From Geosiphon pyriformis uo1 (taxonomy: Eukaryota > Fungi > Glomeromycota): a DNA stretch of 64,000 nt. Below are positions 50,401 through 60,524 of this stretch, piece by piece. The stretch covers positions 509,008 to 573,007 of the forward strand of contig JAAOMT010000261.1 of NCBI GenBank assembly GCA_016748015.1. The letters are read 5' to 3'. Every line of letters begins with the position of its first letter. The first letter of the stretch is position 1. Below the pieces are notes generated by a model, which did no database searches, was not told the DNA's origin, and saw only the letters and a program-made list of their open reading frames with translations. Made by a program: the position numbers and the translations under genes.

Positions 50401-51390
50401 TTGGGTATTGTCTTCTTTACCAGTGAACTTCTCAAGTTTTGCTATTGGAGCATAGGCCATTGAATTCAAGTTTGATTGTTATTGTTGTGATGGTAATTGA
50501 ATTAGAGGTTGTGGTAGTGGTTGTTGTGATGCATCAACTAGTGGTGAGTTGATAATGATTACTAGAGGTAAGTTTTGTTAATTATTAATGTCAGAGTTTG
50601 GATTGTTCTGATTTTGAGAAGTTTGAAGATTCAGAGTTTTAATTTTCAAATTTTTTACAATCAGGTTTTGCTGAGTTCAAACATTCAGAGTTTCGATTTC
50701 TGGGTTTCCAGCAATCAGGTTTTGGTAATTGAATTCCTGATTGTTGTCTTTCTTTTCTTCCAATTTGGTTATTTCCTATGGATTAGCTGTTCCAAAATCT
50801 GGTTGAGGTGGTGGTAATTGGAATTCTGATGGCATTGATGATTGTGATTTAAATCTTTCAAAGTAATTACCATAAGTTCCTAGTAATTCTGCTTTTTTTT
50901 GTTTACTTTGAAATAGGAGTTGTCCAAAAATTGATGTAGACGTGTCTGTTGATGAAATATTGATTGTGTGATGATATAGTGAATATATTGGGGATTTGAT
51001 TTTTTGTTTCTTCCAGTTTGGTACTTGGATTCCTTTTGGTATTACTGTTGATATTTGTAATTTTCTTTTATCTTTGTCTGCATAGGTAATGGAAAATTGT
51101 TGTTGTGTGTATCTTTCAATAGTTTGATTAATTTCTCTGATAATTGGCACAAAACTATAATTTCATAGTAAGCTGGTGTGTTGAATTAATTCTGTGTAGA
51201 AATTTTCTCTTGCTAATTCAATGTCAACTAATACTCCTAAGAAATCTTTGATTCTTTTGTTGATGTAAAAATTAAAGGCTGATTCTGCTAAATAATGATT
51301 GTTGCTTAGTCTTAATTGTTGGCTGTACTGTTAAAATAAAGATTTGGCGAATCCTAAATAGTTTGTCCCTACTATTTCTGTTTCTGCCAC
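47412..51390 (-). pseudogene. gag-pol: Element E gag, protease, Cys-rich domain and dUTPase N-part
   Basis: MAYAPIAKLEKFTG, LILDSGSAGS, Cys clusters, AGFDLRY. Confidence 0.9.
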
Positions 51391-51453
51391 TTTTGGAATG
51401 GTTGTAATTGGTGCTAGTTCTCTGTAGAATTATACCTTACAGGGAGCACCAAA

Positions 51454-52303
51454 TATTACAGGTGATTATTTGGGGTCTTAAATCAAATAACAAAATCTGT
51501 AACTTGGTGCTCAAAAGCTTATTCACAATGATGTGGATCTGAAAATATTGTTTTCTAAAAGGTTTGGTTGAGTTCTTTGTATAATGGACAGAAATTCAAT
51601 AGTTGTTTATCCATAGCTTTTCAGAATCGCAATTCTGTCAATTTCTTTCTTCAGCTTGATGGCTGGTATTCTTCTGGTAAGTAATCCGTATTCTTTACAT
51701 GCTTTATTCACTTACAAAGGTCTTTTACCAGACAATCCTTAATGTCTATAATTCCATGCTTAATCTTCAATCAATTAGTAAAACAAAAGAAATAACAAAA
51801 ATAAAAAAAATAAAAGAAAAATAAAAAAAAAATAAGCCAAAACAATGAAAGTTAATATTTCGTCAATAGTCATGATTAAGAGCTATTGTTCTAGTGGTGT
51901 TAAGTATCAATTACTATCAACATAAAGTGTTAATAACAAGAGTGGATTAAGATAGCAAATAATTATTTATTTGATATTTTGTGATATGGGAGGTTGTTTA
52001 GATCAAATCTAAACTGAGGGTTCTGTCTTTTCTACTTCTAACACTACCACTATATATACATAATTGAGATTCTTCAATTCCTTAATTCTTTACACCAGGA
52101 ATTCTGAAATTCCTGGAATCCTGCAATTTCTTTGAGAAAAATCCTGCAATTTTGGAATCCTGCAATTCTTTGTACAAAAATTCTAAAATTCCTGGAATCT
52201 TGCAATTCCTCTGAGAGGAATCCTGGAATTCCACATTTTACTATAGTTATTTCTGATTGGCTAATTTATGCTAATATATATTTTCTATATTCTATAAGTA
52301 ACA
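51454..52303 (-). repeat. 5' LTR of E (A family)
   Basis: Inverted homolog of the A LTRs; adjacent PBS TTTGGTGCTCCCTG (51440-51453, minus). Confidence 0.9.
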
Positions 52304-53160
52304 ATGACCATTTACTTTTTTTATATCATTATTAACCAGAATATTCTTACAAATAGCTAATTTCCTTGTCTTAATCAGACTTAATTCAGAAGTAAAAGAG
52401 GATTTGATAATCTCTAGAAATTTTGAAAAAGTAGAAGCTCTTCCAAAACCATCCACTTGATAAAAAAATTTTTTCACATTAAACAATTTTTCATTAAAAG
52501 TTTTACTTGGTACTGTAGAAAGCTCAATATCAAGAGTGAAAAATTTGGTTGAATTGAAGCTCCATTTTTCCAAAACACAAGATCCAGCCAATAAAAGACA
52601 CTTAGAGCCAATAAACATAAATAATGAAAGTAATATAGCATTGTTATCATTAATATTACTCACATGGATAAACACCAGACCTTTTGGAGGTTGGCCAAGC
52701 ACATATGTCTAAATATGAGTCTTTCATAATATGATATTGTCCATGTCTTTGTCAACTACCAAATTGTCAGAATCCATGTAACTTGTTTCTTTGGTGACTG
52801 TATTTCTCATGTTTTCCACATCTAATAAACTGTTGATACTACTAGCTTCATTACCCATTTCATTACTCCAGAACATAGCAAACTTCCTATTAATACCAGT
52901 CACATCCTTGAGATTCAAAGGGCCAGCAAACAAATTAATAATACCCATACCTATAACAGGCTTTCTTGGTTTCTTATGAGAAGCACCATGAGAATACACA
53001 TTATTTAAACAATTCTTTTTAACATTTAGGCAGGTTCCCAGACCAGCCAAAATCAAGCCAAAGCCACCAGCAGACAAGCCAATTGGTTTTATTATGACAA
53101 AAAAGAGTTCAGTAAAAGAAATGGTTTAAATAAACTAAGAGAAAAGGAAGAAAAAAAAAG
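52304..53160 (-). mobile_element. LINE 5' fragment (pyrimidine-rich 5' UTR and ORF1 N-half), interrupted by E
   Basis: FFTLDIELS..P.K...FYQVDGFGRAST.SKF..II.SSFTSE...ILVNNDIK is homologous to ORF1 of the LINE at 63495-64000 and 60228-60524. Confidence 0.75.
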
Positions 53161-53760
53161 CTATTACTTTAATAAAATCTTTTGTTCTCTTAAATATTAG
53201 TTATTTTTGTTAAATAAAATATTAAGTAAAAATAATTTAATAACATAAACAGTAATTTTATATGTTTTAATAATTTTAATAAAATTTATTATAAATAATT
53301 AATTTAGTTAAAATATAATTATTAAAAAAAAATTGCTTTATTATTAAATATTTAAATATTTTTTTAATGCTATTATTATATATATATTATTCTTATAATA
53401 TGAAATATTGTATATTTTTTAATATTTTTGACATTTTTGAATCTTTAATATTTTTGTTAATTTTTTTAAAATTTTTAATACTTTTAGTATTTTTAAAAAT
53501 TTTTTAAGTATTCTTAAAATTTTTAATATTATTTTATTATTTTATTTTTAATATATAATTAATTAATTTATATTATATTAATTATTAATTATTTTTTTTA
53601 TAATTAATAACATTAATAATAATTTTACAAAATTTTAATTTTTTTGTATTTTGTTTTTTTTTGTATTTTATTAACTATAAAATTATATTATTATTTTAAT
53701 AAATTATTATCCAATTATTATCTAATAAAATACAATATTTATACAGTAATTTCATTTATA
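53161..53760. other. Extremely AT-rich low-complexity spacer
   Basis: Almost no G or C over ~600 bp; no ORF. Confidence 0.8.
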
Positions 53761-53894
53761 TTTTTTTTTTTATTAATATTTAATGAGTGAGGTCTAAATA
53801 CTATCTAATATATATATCAAATAATTGATCTAAACTAGGTGTGAATTATGTGTTTTCTATATGTGACCAGCCACTTAAGCCAATCAGAATAATG

Positions 53895-56800
53895 CTAAGC
53901 ACTTATATAAACAGAAATAGGATCCAATACTTGAAAAAAACAAGTGAGACTTACAAAATCCAAAGCTAGAACCAAAAGCATTGGCAATACCGAACAACCT
54001 AATTATATCAGCAGAAAGCACTAAGAGCAGTCTAAAAACTAAAACTGGAGCCAAACTATCATGTGGTATCAGTCTATTTTTTTTCATAAACACATGATAC
54101 TTGGCATGGACAACCTAAACTTCATCTCTAAAAGCAAAGCAGAATTTATACACAAACTCTATAATCTTCCAATCTGCAATTTTTGAATCTCTGAAAACAA
54201 ACAAAGTTTTCTGTAGCTAATTATTAAAAACAAAATTTTTGCAAAAAGCCATACACACTGTTATATTTAAGACACAAGAGAACAACAATTGAGACACATA
54301 TAAAAAAAAATAAGAAAGACCAGAAAGCACTCTTTAAGCAACTGTATGGCCATCCAACAATTAACATCAAATGGAATTATCAACCATACAAAAAAAAATG
54401 TGATCTGAGATCTCAATATTATCACAATACAAACATAATATGCTGGAGTAACACTTGTCATACAGGCATTTCTGAACAGCAACTGGCAGCCAATAGTGTA
54501 AAGCCTTTATAAAATAAGTATGGGCATTAGCAGTTAACCTATTAGTGAAACCAGCAGTTATGTGTGAATTTAGATGCCACACCAAAGATAAATTAAACCA
54601 ATTAACATCTAACAGCAAACTACTATCCAGAATCTTAAAACCAGAATTGACTTTTCAATGTGCATGATAAATAGACCAAAAAATTCCACAAGCAAAATGT
54701 CTAGAATTGTCAAAAACAATACCACTTTCAGCTACAATATAATATTCATCTATTCGAGGAGGAAGATACAATAAAGAAAAAGAAGCTATATTAGCAAGCA
54801 CATTAGTATGCACATTACCCAATACATCTGAATTCTCTTTCACTTTATGCCAACTAATGTTTAAATTCTTTTTTCAAACAATATTTACTATATGCTGATG
54901 CTCAACCCAACACCAATTCCAAAAGTTCAGATGCACAAGACCTAATTCCATTTTATATGCATCTAAAGCAACTTGACTGTCCATAAAAATATGAACTGAG
55001 CTAAGAAAGAGAACACACTCAAGAGCCAATACAACAGCCAGCAATTTCACAAGAGTGGAAAACATTAGACCCAAAATGCTGACTCCCAAACCCAAGTTAA
55101 CATCCTCAAAATAAACTGTTGCACCAGCTCTAACATTCACACTTCTCAAGTTTTTCAGAGATTCATCAATATATACAGAAAGACTGTTAGCTGTAACATC
55201 CAACAAATGATCTCATACAAGCTGAAATTTATTAGTCTCCAGAACATTTAAAGATCTAGAAACACCTAAAAAAGCCAAATGAGTGGAAAGAGAAGCTATA
55301 TTATTAAGAAAGCTAATAGAATGACCAAACTATTCAGGAACAAAGCCACACAGATCCAACTTTTTCCAACACTTAAAAGTTTTCCAACTAAAAACAGAAC
55401 TGTCTTTATAGAGAAGCTGCTTTATAAAAGCAATGTCATAATGCCAAAGAAACAAAAAAAATTTGAAAAATTCAGACTTGTTAAAAACTAATAACATAGG
55501 AGTTCTATCATAAAAACAGAAAGAATTGTTCATATGACCACCCAAAGACAATTCACACCTGAAAAAAATACGAACCACACCTGCCAAAAAATTTTTAGAG
55601 ACACTGATCCTAATATGAGCAGAGAAAATCAAAAGGTGAAGTGGACTCCAAGACAGAACTTACAAGTCATAAGACTGGTGCAAAAACAAATGACCTAAAA
55701 TTCTGACAGAGTTGGCAAAACATACTACAAAAGTCATCTTATTCTCAGTTTGGATCTGCTCAAAAGTTTTTAAACCATACAAAGAAGAGTGATAGAATGC
55801 ATTATTGGGAAAATTAAGAGGCAGACCAGATTTCAACTTTAAGCCCTTATGAATCAAAGCATTTTACTTATTGTATACATTAACAGAAATAAAGCTAAAC
55901 TGTGTCTTGTAGCTAATGATAAGATAAAAAACTGCTGAAACCAAATACAAAAATTGCTTATTAGAAACAGCTTTTCTCAGAACAAAGTTGGCAAAAAAAT
56001 AGACATCAGAATATGCCTTGGTCAAACTAGGTTTTAACAAACTCTCAGTTGACAAAAAGATGTCCAGGTAGTAATGAGACTTGCTTCTCTTGGCAATGAA
56101 AATAGATAAACCACTAATTGACAAATTAAGGCAATTATTTCTGCAATTAATAAGAATAACTACTGTCTTGTTATTATTGATAGAAATGTTATTGATCTGA
56201 AAAAATTTACTAGCAACATTAAAAATATGTTGGGTCACTGTTTGGCTGTTTTCAACCCAGATTGTGTTATCAACAAAAGCATTAGCAGCAAGAAAAGACA
56301 TTAATTCAGCTCAAAATTTCAATTGACTCATCCTGACAACATAATGAGAGTTTAGTCAGTATCCACATGCACTTTTCTGTCTCTTGACTTTACATAAAAA
56401 AGAATCATAAAATATGTGCCAAAAAAGTGGCAAAAACATTTTTCCCTGGTCTAAACTGTCATATACCCAATATCTATCTGTTAACTCAAAATCTGTTATA
56501 ATTCTATTGACACAATCATTGTGAATATCACCAAAAAACCTAATAAATTTGTTACACATTTTTATTTTAACCAAGCTTCTTTTAAAATGTTCTTATCCAA
56601 CAGAGTTATAGGCCTTTCTTATGTCTTGCAAAACCAACCAAAGTTTCCGATTCTTTTTTAAAGCATTCTCAATGACCAAACTAACAGCAAAAATAGGAGA
56701 TAGCATTGTTGTACCCTTTAAAACCAAAAAATTGTCTTTATGCAAAACATCAAAAATGCTATATGCCAATGAGATCCTGTCTGAAAGAATCTTGGAAAAG

Positions 56801-58581
56801 ATTTTATGGGCCATTTTAATTAAAGCAATTGGCCAAGTATTAGTAAGAATGCTCTTCTACTCATAAGGCTTAGGAATTATTAAGATCCAAGCTTTCTTCC
56901 AAGTATGAGGCACCAATTCACAAGACAAACAAGAATTCAAAAGTGTTAGAAGCCTATTCAAAACCATCCTGTTATAATGTTTTCAGAGCTTATTAGAGAT
57001 CCCAGACAAACCCACAGTCTTATTATCAGACAAATCAAAAACCACACCAAACAACTCATTAAAGCCAACCAGACTCATTACATTTAAAAAAGCATCATCA
57101 AAAACATATTCTAAAGGCTGGTATTGATGAGACCACTTATCAAAGAAATTAGTCTCCACTCCATGCTTCCTAGTTTAGCCTTTTATTATCAAATTTATCT
57201 TAGTTTTAACCAGGTTGGAGTCCAGAATTAGTTCATTTCTAACAACCAGATAGTCTAAAACTATCTTTTGAAAAGAACACTCTAACACACTTCTAATTGT
57301 ATAACTCTTATCAACAGCAAAATTTTCTATTCTCTTATCAATGGCTGACCTGATACTTGATTTTTTAGCTTGCGAAAACTCAGCAAGCTTGGAAGCATAA
57401 TAGAATTTTTTCACATGGAAAAAAGCCAAATGCATATGATCAAAATTCACATCAGAGTCTATAAGATCCTGAATAACAAAAGTCTTGACACTGTCCAAAG
57501 AACTTCAGCTCTCCATAAAGAACACAAATCTGTCAAAACTCTCCTTACAAGAAGTCTTGACAATTCTTGAAACCAAAAGTTCTAGTTTATAAAACTTGGA
57601 AGAACCTTTGTTAAAAACATCATCATGATCCTTGAACCATTTTTTTTGAATATCTCATTAGCTAAAAGAATCATTGTCTTGTAAACAACATCTCATATTA
57701 CACTCAGATCTGAAAACTTCATAGAAACAGTGAACTCACTAGAGAACATAGCTGCATTGGCCACTGTGGCATCTTTGAAATTGTTCCACTTTGTATCATT
57801 AGCATTCTTAAAATCAAATTTTCATCAGTTCTTATTAGCTTGTTTACAAATAGAGTTCAAACACTAATCCAAAAGCCCATCCAAACCCACAGACACAAAA
57901 ACTGCTTGGTAATTAGTGTCAAAATGTTCACTGATATCTATAACATTGCAATCCACTATCACATTAACCAAATTTGAAAAAAATGAACATGTAATTAATT
58001 GTCTTTTCTAAACCTCTTGAATTTTTCTAAGTTAGATCTTTTACAATTGGGCTTTCTGACAAAGAATTAACCAGTCCCAAATCAAGACATTTCTTGAAAC
58101 TTGCACATCTGTAAGAACCATCTTCATTGAAATTTCCACACAATATAACAAAAGAAGACTCATTTACAGTCTTAGCTATTAGAGAATTAATATCATTAGC
58201 TTGAGAAAAACAAACAGCCAGGAAAACACCAGCATAGAGTCCCAGAATCAAAACAGAAAGTTTATTTTTAAAAAGCAACTTGACAAAAAGAAGCTGGTCA
58301 GGCACTTCAGAAATCTTACACACATAATGAGCCAGAGAAGTGTTCATGATAATTGCTATCTTAGTGCCAAGAACTCTTTTGTTCAACCCAAATAAAAAAA
58401 CCCTAATTTCACTGAACTTATCCTTAATCCATGGCCCACAGCTAGACTTTAACTTTATTTATGTAACTAATGAAACCAAATTTCCAGAATCTCTATGCCA
58501 ATGGATAACATTTTTCTGCTTGGCAAAAACATTAATACCACAAACATTACATGTAGCAATCTTCCACACAAAATCACTCAT
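53895..58581 (-). pseudogene. LINE ORF2: APE endonuclease, RT, RNase H, C-terminal Cys/His motif
   Basis: KIATCNVCGIN and GNFNED (APE); LQDIRKAYNSV, DQG..F.P.FW.IFYD and AFVDN (RT); VYIDES, DSQVAL and GNVH (RNase H); CLYCDNIEISDHIFFC. Confidence 0.88.
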
Positions 58582-60524
58582 TGAGAAATAAAAGGAGCTG
58601 ATAAACCCAAACCAGAGTACAGGCAATCCAACCTTTCCAAAACTGATTCAACTAACACTTTTAAAGCCACTATCTTAGATTTAAACTCACCCACCTTGGT
58701 GGTTAAAATCTTAGAACTACTCAAGCTAAAGTTAGCAACTGTGTTTACAATAATTGAAAGAGAGAAAACAGAAGATGTCAATATATCATCTAGAGTCATA
58801 TTCGAATCCAAATCAAAAGCCACAAATGCTTGAGCAACCAGAAAGAGCTTATGAAATATGTTTACTAAGGGCACCAATTCAATAAAACTCAGTTTTTTTA
58901 TAATAATAGAAACCTAATCCAACAAAAACTCCAAAGAGCATTCCAAAAAAGCCAAATGATCAACCAAACAGAGATTACCAAGAGGATTGAAGACCATCAA
59001 AATAAGTTTTGCACCTGAAGACAAATCAGCACCAAAAGAGTTTGATAAGATTACATGAGGAGAAAAACCACCAGCAATCTGGGCCCAAGTCTTGCCACCA
59101 AACAAAACTGGACAAGCAATAGGTGCCTGTCTCTTTTTATAAATGTTAACCAAATGAATGCAATTCTGAAAAATTATTATCTACTTATCATGACCACCAG
59201 AATTCTTATTTATAGCACAATTAACAGATATATGACCAAATTGTTTACATCAAGCACAATAGGCCAAAAAGAGACCAGTTCAATGCAAATTTACACTCTT
59301 AAACATTAGAATAGAACCAATAGCAGCCAATCTAAATGTCTCATTTTCAAAACACACAATTGTACATTTATCACATATATATGAACTGGAATTACAGCCA
59401 ATAAAACATGTTTTCCTATTATATAATTTCAATATACCAAAAAGATCATGAGCTGTAGTTCCAACTAAAAGAGTATACAATAGAGCTCAATGATAATTCT
59501 TTGTTATCTACAATTTTTTGTCACTAACAGCCAAAGCTAAACACACCAAATTTTTTCTCATAAATACTAACCATTTGGAAGCAACCAAATTAGCTANNNN
59601 NNNNNNNNNNNNNNNNTTTATAATAATAGAAACCTAATCCAACAAAAACTCCAAAGAGCATTCCAAAAAAGCCAAATGATCAACCAAACAGAGATTACCA
59701 AGAGGATTGAAGACCATCAAAATAAGTTTTGCACCTGAAGACAAATCAGCACCAAAAGAGTTTGATAAGATTACATGAGGAGAAAAACCACCAGCAATCT
59801 GGGCCCAAGTCTTGCCACCAAACAAAACTGGACAAGCAATAGGTGCCTGTCTCTTTTTATAAATGTTAACCAAATGAATGCAATTCTGAAAAATTATTAT
59901 CTACTTATCATGACCACCAGAATTCTTATTTATAGCACAATTAACAGATATATGACCAAATTGTTTACATCAAGCACAATAGGCCAAAAAGAGACCAGTT
60001 CAATGCAAATTTACACTCTTAAACATTAGAATAGAACCAATAGCAGCCAATCTAAATGTCTCATTTTCAAAACACACAATTGTACATTTATCACATATAT
60101 ATGAACTGGAATTACAGCCAATAAAACATGTTTTCCTATTATATAATTTCAATATACCAAAAAGATCATGAGCTGTAGTTCCAACTAAAAGAGTATACAA
60201 TAGAGCTCAATGATAATTCTTTGTTATCTACAATTTTTTGTCACTAACAGCCAAAGCTAAACACACCAAATTTTTTCTCATAAATACTAACCATTTGGAA
60301 GCAACCAAATTAGCTATATCTGATAACTCAAACTCTATTAAGGCCTTTTGCCAAAAACCAATCAGTTGTATCTTGATTGAAATAATCTTGCTGAATTTAA
60401 AAAAAACAGATTTTACAGCTAATTTGAGAAGATTTACTGAGATCTTCTTCACAACAATTTTCTGATTCATGTATTTGTTTATTTGTTTAATATCATTATT
60501 GACTAAGATTTTCTTACTAACTGC
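58578..60524 (-). pseudogene. LINE ORF1 C-terminal part (RRM-like segments, CCHC knuckle); continues at 63495-64000
   Basis: CA*CKQFGHISVNC knuckle ~59220-59260; frame rejoins across G (KAKELA|VSKKILVNND); includes the artefactual duplication. Confidence 0.78.
58897..60316. repeat. Apparently identical 700-bp direct duplication around a 20-N gap (assembly artefact)
   Basis: 58897-59596 matches 59617-60316; Ns at 59597-59616; the ORF track gives identical proteins at an offset of 720. Confidence 0.92.

Larger units (their letters stand above)
1017..52303 (-). mobile_element. Ty3/Gypsy LTR retrotransposon E (same family as A), interrupted by S, A and F; 3' end lies left of the window
   Basis: 5' LTR 51454-52303, PBS, gag-PR-dUTPase-RT-RH, IN. 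The frame rejoins across A (GKFDPKWD|xLFHIKE) and across F (FDLRYP|GKD). Confidence 0.9.

Noticed and set aside
58897-60316. Tandem 700-bp duplication as a biological event
   Set aside because: The copies appear identical in a heavily mutated region and abut a 20-N gap, which indicates unmerged contig overlap.
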